Assembly: GCA_965235115.1 (NCBI GenBank)
Contig: OZ249442.1
Location: forward strand, 19,716,001 to 19,780,000
Length of the DNA: 64,000 nucleotides
Reading direction: 5' to 3'
DNA from: Laetmonice hystrix
Lineage: Eukaryota
Shown here: positions 53,435-64,000 of the stretch, one piece after another
Layout: each line of letters begins with the position of its first letter
Numbering within the stretch: position 1 is the stretch's first letter
Notes under the pieces: model-generated
What the model was told of the DNA's origin: nothing
Seen by the model: the letters and a program-made list of their open reading frames with translations, nothing else
Databases searched by the model: none
Program-made: the position numbers and the translations under genes

Positions 53435-54113
53435 ACTGGCAATCATTACATGACCGACACTCAACTGACTGGCAACCATTACATGAACTGACACTCCACT
53501 GATTCGCAATCATTACATAACCTGACACTCCACTGACTGGCAATCATTACATAACCTGACACTCCACTGACTGGCAATCATTACATAACCTGACACTCCA
53601 CTGACTGGCAACCATTACATAACCTGACACCCCACTGACTGGCAATCATTACATGACCCTAAGTTTCCACTGACTGGCAATCATTACATAACCTGACGCT
53701 CCACTGACTGGCAATCATTACATAACCTGACACTCCACTGACTGGCAATCATTACATGATCCTAAGTCCCCACTGACTGGCCATCATTACATAACCTGAC
53801 ACTCCACTGACTGGCAGTCATTACATGACCTGACACTCAACTGACTGGCAATCATTACATGACCTGACACTCCACTGATTGGCAATCATTACTTAATCCG
53901 ACTCTACTGATTGGCAATCATTACATAATCCGACACTCTACTGAGTGGCAATCATTACATAATCCGACACTCTACTGACTGGCAACCATTATATTACGAC
54001 CATGATAGGAAACTCCACTAACTGGCAACCATTATACGGCCATGATACGAGACTCTACTAACTGGCAACCATTACATAACGCGAACCACTGACTGGTAAC
54101 CATTACATGACCT
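53435..54113. repeat. 34-bp minisatellite CACTGACTGGCAATCATTACATAACCTGACACTC, about 20 copies, in Irx intron 3
   Basis: 34-bp period, decaying at the right end. Confidence 0.96.
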
Positions 54114-54761
54114 CATATCAAATCGATTTCCTAAAATCCATTCATGTCTGTATAACTTCAAATAACATTTACCTGACTGTTAACATGGCAGTTCACTAAC
54201 TGGCAACAATTATATTATATGCCCCATCCACCAATATTCTTGTATGGACACTCCACTCGCCCTCTATACATGCCAGTGGCCATTGATCTATCTCTGACCA
54301 CGGAGGCCTGATACTGTGACACTGAGAGGACGGATGGAGTAGGGGGGGGGGGGGTGAATACAGTGAATGGATGCCCACCATGAATTCCGAGTCGTAGCAA
54401 ACAAATGTATTTCTTCTGAAAGATTATATACCCTCCAGTCAGAGAATAGGTACTCTGTGCTCCAGTCATGTAGCACATGGACTCTATGATGGACTGTCAC
54501 GACCTAGCCATAGTACCGCTACATAATGAGACATCGATCCACACACATAAAACACGTAGAATTTTACCATTCTTACAATAATGTACCGGAGTACTAGGAC
54601 AAACCCCACAGATCTGCAGCATGATGATAACTGACAAACTATCTCGCATTACATAAAGTGAGTGAGTGGCCCAGAATGGTCTTCCCTAAGTACCCGGATC
54701 AGTGAATTAACACAGGTAGGATCCAACGGGCCACAAACCTCGCTTTCATGTGGGAGGAAAC

Positions 54762-54842
54762 GAGGTCACGCGGTATTAAACGAGATCACGCGGCATTAAG
54801 CGAGGTCTCGCGGTATTAAACAGGTCAGGTAGTATTAAAGCA
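54762..54842. repeat. Short degenerate 20-bp tandem repeat (GAGGTCACGCGGTATTAAAC), about 4 copies
   Basis: Directly visible. Confidence 0.75.
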
Positions 54843-56792
54843 GGCTCCATGGTGCATCGGTAGCTATAGCCTTTGGTTGTGTCGGTAGCCACAGAATCAA
54901 TGATTCATGAAAAACCCCGCCCTCCAATCACACGACTGAAAGTGTGTGGCTTGGCAAGATTCCGGCTGGAATGTGTTCGCCAGTCACCATTCCTTGCCCT
55001 GCCATCTGTTATTCCGGGCCACATGCGTGACAAATCGAGTCGGCAGCTTTTAATATCATTTTTAATTGGAAAATTCCGTGGAGCAGAGCCCCTGCTAAAT
55101 TACACGTTATTAAACAATATTCTCCGGTGGATATAATGCAATATACGACCACTTTTGCGAAGTGAATAAACACACACAAAAAGAAATGAAAGAAGATGAT
55201 CAAACGTGTAATATCTGCCGCAATTAAAACAATTAAATTAGACTACTGGTGATTAAAATTGTATGTATGTATGCTAAGTGCATACATGAGGCATAGTCCA
55301 ATTTGTCGTCATGATGTGTCTTCCTCTGGAGAAATTTGTGGATATATATATTTTTATTTTCTAATATTGTTTTTCAAACGTTAGAACATACCATCCGGTA
55401 ACAATGGGAGTTGTGGCGGTCTGTCGGACTGTCAACGTTGACAATCAGACAATGTTATGGCCGGTCGCCAAGGTTGACAACGCCGCCTGGCGGCAAATTT
55501 AGTCTGTCTCGGTGCCAACACACAGACACCTCATACAAGATAAAACAAGTGTACTCGTATCAACCTCTAGCGTTTCTCTCTGTCTCCGCTCTCCAACGTT
55601 TAATTTCACAATGTGAGCTCAGCTGACATTTTATAAGTTTGATTTGCTCCCAATGGCCGAGACCTTTGGGGCCATGGCGACCCTCTGGGGCACTGCACAC
55701 AGGGGGCAGTCTGCTATTGTCCATTGTTTATATCATCTCGATTTGAAGGCGTCCCCGATTGTTTCATCGATCTAATCTTATGTCAAACCGACAGATTACT
55801 TCATTCGTGAGCAATCTCAACTTGGCTGACTCGAGCACGGCTGCCTGGCCTCGGGAGCTGCGCGCTCTACCGCGAGGTGGCGCGCGGGTGGCGGCTTCCG
55901 ACCCATTACGTCCTTTGTCCATTTCACAGCCAAATAGTGGTCATTTCCGCGCGGCGGGTGTAGCAATCTTAGCCGGGTCGAGGCGGGGCCGGCAGCCGCC
56001 TCCCGACGCCTTGGGTCGACGACCCCCCAGACCCCAGGGAGAGGGTAAACTGGCGTTCCGTTTGACCCTCTTGGTCATTGTTTTCTGACTGATTACGTCG
56101 GCCGTCCGCCCTCCTGTATACAGTCCCCACCCAGCGTTTAATGGCGTGTGCGGTTAGTCTGTGAAATAACCTAAGAAGGAATGACTCACTGGAATATTGA
56201 ACTCACCTCGCGTGCACATCAATTTAGAAGAGGGAGAACCATGCATTATGTTGAGCCCTTTGCTCAGACTGGCTGTGTCCTTGGCTATACTGTTTGGAAA
56301 TCTTGTATACGTTTTATACATAATAGGCCGACAATTGGCCAGGTCTATATTATATGTCAGAGTTTAATCTGAAAGGCTGCAAGTATAGCTAATATGGTTT
56401 GACGCAAGAGGACTTGTATATTTCAACGTTTGTTGACGCTACAATATATACTAGGTGAAGATGGAATGATCAGCTGTCGGCTGCCATTATAAACCCCCTC
56501 CCCCTCCCCATTCACTCCCAGCAAACCCACTCCCCCACCCCACTACCCTCCCCCCCCCGGCATGAGTTCATCCATCCAGCCGCTCTGACCCTGACCCAAT
56601 ACAGACGACAGGATGTGACCCCCCTCTCCAACTGTCCACTAACCCTCAGCAGGTTTAGCTAACCGTCTTATAGGATCGGTTAATGTCAACTAACATACAT
56701 GGAAAACAAACTGAAAAGAGGAACAGTTGAATACATGCTGATCGAACTTCTGACAGAGACTTCCATAGAGATTAGAAATCAGGTTCTCTTAC

Positions 56793-57259
56793 CTTCGTCG
56801 TCAGTCGGGTTTAGGACGATTTCACGGTCGTCCTTCTCCGATAACGTATCGATATCGATGTCTTCGTGAGAATCATTGAGTCTGTGATGGATGACGTCAG
56901 CACTGTCCGTGAGGTCTCCCCCCGAGGATGGGGGTTCCCCCGGCCCCCCACCCCCAACAACAACACCCCCTTCACCACCATCATCATTGTCATCATCGTC
57001 ATTATCCGAGTCATTCCCGCTCCCGTTTTTAGGAGTCCAAGTCATTTTGTTTTCCTTTTTGAGCCGGCGGCGTGCGTTGGCGAACCAGGTGGAGACTTGT
57101 GTGAGCGTCATCTTGGTGATGATAGCCAGCATGATCTTCTCACCCTTGGTCGGGTACGGGTTCTTACGGTGCTCGTATAGCCATGCCTTTAGTGTACTCG
57201 TCGTCTCCCGGGTAGCGTTCTTGTTTCTCCGGGCAGCCGAGAGGTCCATACCCCCATAC
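56793..57259 (-). CDS. Irx: Irx coding exon 3 (467 nt): TALE homeodomain (about 57237-57049) followed by an acidic tract
   Basis: Translation contains [62 protein letters not shown], the diagnostic Irx homeodomain (PYP TALE loop, WFANARRR). Acceptor TCTTCTGTTGTCCAG|G completes the phase-2 Gly codon. Donor GAAG|GTAAGA, phase 1. Confidence 0.98.
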
Positions 57260-58140
57260 CTGGACAACAGAAGACGACAATATATTATAATCCATACCCC
57301 CATATCTGGACAATAGAGGACGACAATATATTATAAGGTCCAGACCCCCGTACCTGGACAACAGAGGACGACAATATATTATAAGGTCCAGACCCCCATG
57401 CCTGGACAACAGAGGATGACAATATATTATAATCCAGACCCCCATACCTGGACAACACAGGACGACAATATAGTATAAGGTCTCCATACCTGGACAACAC
57501 AGGACGACAATATATTATAAGGTCCAGACCCCCATACCTGGACAACACAGGACGACAATATATTATAAGGCCCAGACCCCCATACCTGGACAACACAGGA
57601 CGACAATATATTATAAGGTCTCCATACCTGGACAACACAGGACGACAATATAAATTATTATAAGGTCCAGACCCCCATACCTGGACAACACAGGACGACA
57701 ATATATTATAAGGTCCAGACCCCCATACCTGGACAACACAGGACGACAATATATTATAAGGTCCAGACCCCCATACCTGGACAACACAGGACGACAATAT
57801 ATTATAAGGTCCCCATACCTGGACTACACAGGACGACAATATATTATAAGGTCCCCATACCTGGACAACACAGGACGACAATATATTATAAGGTCCCCAT
57901 ACCTGGACAACGCAGGACGACAATATATTATAAGGTCCCCATACCTGGACAACACAGGACGACAATATATTATAAGGTCCCCATACCTGGACAACACAGG
58001 ACGACAATATATTATAAGGTCCCCATACCTGGACAACAGTGGACGACAACATATTATAAGGTCCCCATACCTGGACTACACAGGACGACAATATATTATA
58101 AGGTCCCCATACCAGGACGAGAGTATATTATAAGGTCCAG
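57245..58140 (-). repeat. 42-48-bp minisatellite built from the Irx intron 2/exon 3 junction, about 19 copies of TTGTCCAG|GTATGGGG
   Basis: The unit on the gene strand, TGTCGTCCTGTGTTGTCCAG|GTATGGGG(GTCTG)GACCTTATAATATAT, is near-identical to the real acceptor plus the first ~17 exon bases. Confidence 0.97.
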
Positions 58141-58899
58141 ACACCGAACATTGTACATTTGTAATATCTAAAGTCCATGCCCTCGATATACCACTGTCTG
58201 ATAGCCAACAAAAAATGAGAGAAGTTTCGGTTGATTCAGTCGTGTAGGCCTATATACACAGACCATCAGAATAATACCAAAGAAATGTTTTTCTTTCTTT
58301 AAGACATTGAATATGTTTCACTCTACATGCACCATTGACCTATATACAACGCCTATATCGGATATAGATATAAAATGTGTACATGCGTACATTATATAGC
58401 ACATACACGGCAATACATGCCCATGTATCATCATAAACACCAGAGAGTACATGAGTAAGTCTGGATTGACATCGTTCTTTTGACCTCCTCCGATATATCA
58501 ATACTCGCTCTAATTCAAGCTGAGTTTGACAGGCCATGACATTGAGCCGTCGTGAGGTCTGCTCTTCCCATGCCTAAGTTGACTTATAGCGACGAGAGTT
58601 GATCAATACGTCGGTAGGTCCCGCTAGAGTGCAGACACTCGTATTGTCTGATCGCTGATTATAGACAAAACGTGAACGGTTGGAGTACGGAACGACCTGC
58701 ATACAGTGGTGTGCTATAGTTTGGTGGGTGGCCGACAGGGGGCGGTTGAGGGGTGGACAGAGTCAGACCGCGATAAGGCTAAGTACCCACCTGCGGGTCT
58801 GAATGGTCGGGGGAGGGGAGGGTATATGGACGCCAGGTGGGGAGACTCGGCACGCCCCGGCCAAAGAGAATCTCAGCAGATAGTTTTCAATTAAGCATA

Positions 58900-59205
58900 G
58901 TTCTGTGTCCGTATTATAACGGTCAGCTGCCAGGACCCGCTCCAACCGTGGCTAACTGTGTTTCTGTGTCCGTATTATAACGGTCAGCTGCCAGGACCCG
59001 CTCCGACCGTGGCTGACTGTGTTTCTGTGTCCGTATTATAACGGTCAGCTGCCAGGACCCGCTCCGACAGTGGCTGACTGTGTTTCTGTGTCCGTATTAT
59101 AACGGTCAGCTGCCAGGACCCGCTCCGACAGTGGCTGACTGTGTTTCTGTGTCCGTATTATAACGGTCAGCTGCCAGGACCGCTCCGACCGTGGCTGACT
59201 GTGAG
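58900..59205. repeat. ~61-bp tandem repeat (TTCTGTGTCCGTATTATAACGGTCAGCTGCCAGGACCCGCTCCGACCGTGGCTGACTGTG), 5 copies, in Irx intron 2
   Basis: Directly visible. Confidence 0.96.
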
Positions 59206-61190
59206 GTGACCGGTCAGACAGTCCCCAGCCGTGGTCAGAACGGACAGTTGAGGGCCACTCGGACAATAATATCCCCCGTGTTACCGATAGGGATCGGGTC
59301 TCCGTCTATCTGTCCATGAAAGTAATAGTGTCATGGATAGAAATGACCAAATATCATAGCAAGCCTGGCAAGGTGCTGCCTAATGCTAAACATGTGTCCT
59401 ATATACAGTCTGTAATGTGGGGGCCTGATGAACGTATACATTATACACCTACTATACGCATACTCAGAGAATGAATTGGCTAGAGACAAGATCTTAGTCC
59501 TTTTAGCGTCGATGCATCTGGAAACCTTTATTTTGAGGCCTTAAGGTAAAGATGATGGACGATAAGGAAAGTTTTAAAAGCGTCATTACTGGCGCCAATA
59601 GGCGGCGCCAATGACAGCCACATAGCGGTGACAGTAGCGCATTGTACCGAAACGTTCTCCCTAACGTGTAATTACTCAAGGTTGATGATTACGAAATGAA
59701 CAATAAACTTAAGTGTGTTTCTATTGGAGGTGAACTAGCCGGCCAGTATAACCTGTGATTGGTGAGAGCCGTCACTGCCGTCAGGCTATAAGACCTGCCT
59801 TAAGTGCACGCAAACATTACAAAAAATCAAAATGAAAAAGTGTACTTGTAATTTGAGAACTACTGAGAGTGTGATATGCTAACTCGTGTCATCTTTAGAT
59901 AAATTGCTAAATTAATGCCAGAGGTGACACTTTTTTCGTGTTCTGGTCCCAAAATCTGAATAGTAATGGACAAAACAAAACAGTGGAATTGCTTCCACGG
60001 TCAGTCCTCGTCACAAGAACAAAGACCTCCACCTCACTCTCATTTTACAGACAGGACTAGTTTTTCTGGAGGGTTGGTGAATGTTCCGTTTAACAGTCTG
60101 TCACGTGGTCGCCAGGAGACCGGGCCTTGCATGAAGAAACCTGCAGCGCCCACACCAGGAGCTGGGCCCAAGGCGGGGCACCCTTCGGCGCCAAACAGCC
60201 CATAAATTGACAGTTTTCAGCAAAACGATGGCCTCCAAAAAACCTTGTTTCTACCAGATTTCATGAGGATGCCGGGAAGTGAATGAAAACGGATAATGTG
60301 TCAATTACAAGAGCGAGAGGTCGCCGTAAATTGCCGAGAATCTCCTGTTGGCACGTTCATGGCGTTTAGAGCCAGTGCAGTTAGTGTTGGCTATGACCAC
60401 GGTGTGGCGCCCCGGAGCTCGGGCGGCCCCACTAACTGGCAGCGGTCTATGTGACTCGTCAGTCAGCGCTGGGCTGAGGTTGGACTGGGTCGGTCTAACC
60501 GTTCCCAGCGCACCAGGCGGTGTTGAATTCGGTCACGGTGGACCCAAGAGGCCGTCTTGGTCACTCGATCACACGGAAAGTCAATATGAAATAAACATGG
60601 GACCAGCACACGCCGTGCTTTTTTTACACCAACAAATGTGCACTTTTTTCAAGCGCTGAAAATGTGTGTAACGTTCTAAGCCACATGAGCCAAGTCAGGC
60701 CAACATGTGAAGCCAATACCTTACACTTGGCATGATTCACTATTTCCTTTTATTAATGTTCACCTCAAACTTTTATTTAGTATATAGGCCTAACAAGCGT
60801 GCAAAAAATTGGAAACTTTATGAAAAACTATGCCATGCATGGATATGAGTCTCTTCCTAATAATAATATCCTAGTAAACTTCTAGGTACCACAAAAATAT
60901 AATAAGTTGTATTTATATCTGGATATAAAGGCCTCTGGTTATTGACGCCATTGTACAGGCATCAATTGTATCTAACACTTCTAAACACCAGCTCGGACAC
61001 ACACATACACATTACACATAACACACACATTTACCCCCCCCCCCCCCACACACACACACAAACCACCACCATGGACGCAGCAGCTGAGTGGTGCTAGCCT
61101 CCACCCGCAACATCCCCCTTGTCCATCCCAGGCCTCGGAGATGTCTCTGTCTATTCCCCCCTCCCCGCTCCACCCACGGTCCCCACCCGT

Positions 61191-61248
61191 CCCGGGTCTC
61201 GGTCCCGGGTCTCGGTCCCGGGTCTCGGTCCCGGGTCTCGGTCCCGGG
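61191..61248. repeat. 13-bp tandem repeat CCCGGGTCTCGGT x4 just inside Irx intron 2
   Basis: Directly visible, about 50 nt from the exon 2 donor. Confidence 0.92.
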
Positions 61249-61299
61249 CCCCTGCCCCTCCTACCCACCCCCCGGTATACAGTCCAAAGGTGTACGTAC

Positions 61300-61418
61300 C
61301 CAGCTCCGAACGGGTAGGTGAACATGGCGGCGGCCGGGTCATACTGTAGACAGGCGGCCGGAGACTGGGTCAGTCCCCGGTACACGTCTGATGCCTCCTT
61401 CAGGTCGTACGGGCTCAT
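61300..61418 (-). CDS. Irx: Irx coding exon 2 (119 nt, MSPYDLKE...AAAMFTYPFGAG)
   Basis: Acceptor TTTCTATATGTTTACAG|ATG (phase 0, matches exon 1). Donor GCTGG|GTACGT (phase 2). The Tyr/Pro/Ala-rich pre-homeodomain segment is typical of Irx. Confidence 0.88.
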
Positions 61419-62681
61419 CTGTAAACATATAGAAAACCTATCACATACCTGACACAGTTTATACCAATCACTCCATGACCAGTATAGGCCCAGCATCGCA
61501 AGGAGACCACAGCCTACTAATACATGAGATAAGTGTCTAAAAGAATTAAAAAAATATCGACTACCGGATGCAATATTGTGTAGGCCTAACTTTTAATCAT
61601 TCGGCACTTAAAAAGGTAGGCGCCTAACTGACGTTTATGATTTTAATCGGTTATGTATTATGTAGAAAAGGAATCCACCACAGGGGTCTGTACTAAATTA
61701 AATTAAGGTTCCGTATAAGTTATTGACAGTAAAGTTATCTGTCCTCGCCCACTCAAACGTTATTCACAATAACTACCAATTAAGAGTATAGGCCTATCCC
61801 ATTAAGATAGAGAAGAAAAACTACCGACGGTATATCACGTGGCTAAGGTTGAAGGGTACGGTTTGAATGGCGTCTACTTAGAGCCTAAAACAGGGCCTGT
61901 TTGGTGGTTCTATTACGGGGTTGTTACGGGGGAGAATGAGTAGGAGAGGGTGAGACTAGGGGTCTCTGGGCCGGGGCCCCTCCCTAATGACAAGCCGGGG
62001 CGGCCGGCCGTAATTCGCCGGCACTGCCCGGGCCCGTCGGCCGCTAATGAAGCCGACCACAACACGGGCCCGCCCAGCCAGTTCCCGCCACCAGTGACCG
62101 GGCCTAATTACCCTCCCTCGTGTACCTCTCTCAACATGCGATCTTGGAATCTGTCATCGGTCCTCCCTAATACCCCAGCCCTGCTCTAAGGCTAATTAGT
62201 GCTGGCTGCAGCGCCATATTTTAGAAGAAATTGCACGCTGCCGACGACAAATAAAATGTCGTCTGCTGCCCTCGAACTGATGGATTGGGCGCGCGCTCTG
62301 TGGTTTGGCTGGAAGGAGGCTGGACTTGGGAAGCTTTATAAAGGTTTTTAGTGCCCGTCGAGCGAGTATTCTACTAGGGGCGGTCAACTAGAGGCAGTCT
62401 TTACTTCACTCAGCGAAGAGAACCTTTTAATATGAAGGATGCTTGGTATTTCCGCCAAACTCCGGGCAGCCGGAGTACAATTCGGGGTCAAATGGGAAGA
62501 ACGACATGGCAAATGGTGGACGCTGCCTCAGCGTGACGCTGTAAAAGGTAGCAGTGTCAGGGACATTAGTCATGGAGCATGGACGGTTTCATCGACTGCG
62601 CTGGATCTGTGGTGGGAGCAGCGGCCTGCAGGGGCAGCAAGGGGAGGCAGTCTTAATGAGAGCATCAAATTGATCACTTAC

Positions 62682-62975
62682 CGTGGCAAACGGGGAGAAG
62701 AAAGCTGGAGGCTCCGCTGCACCATTGGCGGCGGCCGCGGCAGCGAAGGGCGAGGCCATGAGGGCCTGGGCCGTGTAGGCGGCCGAGCCGTAGAGGGACT
62801 CCGGGAGTGAGGCGAGCCGTGGGTAGGAGACGAGAGATGGCGTGAGCTGGCAGGAACACACGGTCTGCCCGGTGAGAGGGTCAGCCATGACCGGCCGGCC
62901 GGTAGAGCAGCACGATGATCCCGGGGTGGAGGAGCCAGCCGGCCGGGGTAGGCTCGGTGAGAGAGTCGTCGACAT
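62682..62975 (-). CDS. Irx: Iroquois homeobox gene, coding exon 1 (98 aa, MSTTLSPS...FFSPFAT) with the N-terminal CCSTGRPVMADPLTGQTVCSCQ motif
   Basis: ATG at 62975; the ORF-track start at 62996 is a GTG and no upstream in-frame ATG was seen over the ~100 nt checked. The Cys motif matches the recalled Ara/Caup/Mirr N-terminal motif. Donor ACG|GTAAGT at 62682/62681, phase 0. Confidence 0.88.
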
Positions 62976-63730
62976 GATGCCCTGTGTGGGAGTCACTGTA
63001 GGAGCCGGGAGGAGACCCTGTTCGTCCGCAATAACAATAAGAACGTCAGCATCAATGAAGACTCCGACGACCCTGCAGGCCGCGGGGCCGACTGGCTGAC
63101 CGCCGGCCGCAGTGTGGTGGTCAAACCCACTATAACCTAATCACTCACGGCAGCCAAGCGTCAGCTCGCTCACACTTGGTGATTTAAACACGGTCTCTAA
63201 TTAACAAACTCTGGCCTGATTAGTGACCTCTGAGAAGAACACTCGGACAATCTCTGCTGACAGACACTTGGTCCGAGATGGGACAGCATGCAGTGTTGAG
63301 GCGGGGAGTAGAGCGCAGCGTTTAGCGAGGTGCCGCGCACCACTGTGGTACAATAAGAAATGTACAACTAGTGATGTACAAGTGTGAGTTGGCAATCGAC
63401 AAGAGTCAATACTGGCAGTCCGTGCGCAGCGCGCCGCGCTGGCCGCAGCCACCGCCTGTCGTTGGTGATCGTCTCGAGGCGCGAGGCTGGTCGGATCAGA
63501 GCACCATCCATCGCCCGCGATCGTCGCCGATCCCACCCCGCCCCGGCCCGGCCCCCCACACGCTGCCAATCATAAATTAAATGCCGCTCAATGCTCGACT
63601 TCGCAACTCGTCAATCTGGCGCAAACACTGAAATTGACTACTGTTGTTGGGGCTGATCGGGCTTGGCCGCGGGATGGGAGGAGGAGGGAGGGGAGGAGGG
63701 AGGGGAGGAGGGAGGGAGGGGGATGGAGGC
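62976..63730 (-). promoter_or_regulatory. Putative Irx 5' UTR and proximal promoter
   Basis: Lies immediately upstream of the start codon and is CpG-rich. Contains a GC box (CCCCGCCCC at about 63536), a CCAAT at 63567, TAATTA/TAAATTAA words and a GGA/GGGA tract at about 63676-63725. The TSS cannot be located from sequence. Confidence 0.55.
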
Positions 63731-64000
63731 GCTGCTGCCCGTTTGGTTGATGATGTGTGAGTGTGTGCGTGTGTGAGGTGTAATAACGATAGGTGTTAGT
63801 GAGGAGTTGTGGGGTATAGTGGCGTGGTCGATCATGGGGCACGGCTGACTTGTGGGGACCTGGGGGGACGACCTCAGGCTCAATACATGTGTGGTTTGAG
63901 CATAGACTCAGGGATAACCACATCACTGGGTGGTTGGCATTCACGACTTCAAACATACCCGACTCTATGGGCCAGAGTCGTGTTATAAGGAGTCGGTGGA

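Noticed and set aside
57164-58091. ORFs with [14 protein letters not shown] / PYNILSSCVVQVWG repeats
   Set aside because: They are translations of the acceptor array, and none joins the homeodomain frame through a decoy acceptor.
62976-62996. N-terminal extension MTPTQGI from the ORF track
   Set aside because: The track start is GTG, not a normal eukaryotic initiator. An upstream exon spliced at the nearby CTACAG cannot be excluded but has no support.
1-64000. tRNA, rRNA or SINE genes
   Set aside because: No A/B-box pair, cloverleaf or rRNA signature was recognised by eye; tRNAscan-SE or Infernal would be needed to exclude them formally.

Overview
This is eukaryotic, probably invertebrate bilaterian, genomic DNA with two assembly gaps. 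The one gene I can support is an Iroquois-family (Irx) TALE homeobox gene on the minus strand. Five coding exons were assembled by hand with GT-AG sites and consistent phases (62975-62682, 61418-61300, 57259-56793, 48600-47890, 46183-46090; 561 codons plus 2 nt); the terminal exon is unresolved. The ~45 kb downstream has no recognisable gene: islands of TAAT/TF-motif-rich sequence alternate with about 15 distinct minisatellite arrays (about 13 kb including those in the introns), microsatellites and MITE-like elements. The most unusual observation is that the splice acceptor of the homeobox exon has itself been amplified into about 19 tandem copies. All 18 upstream copies are out of frame with the homeodomain, and most read CAG|GT, the signature of recursive splice sites. 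Exon 5 also regenerates the exon-4 donor after joining. Long ORFs over the repeats are treated as artefacts. No database search or alignment program was run; family assignments come from recalled motifs.
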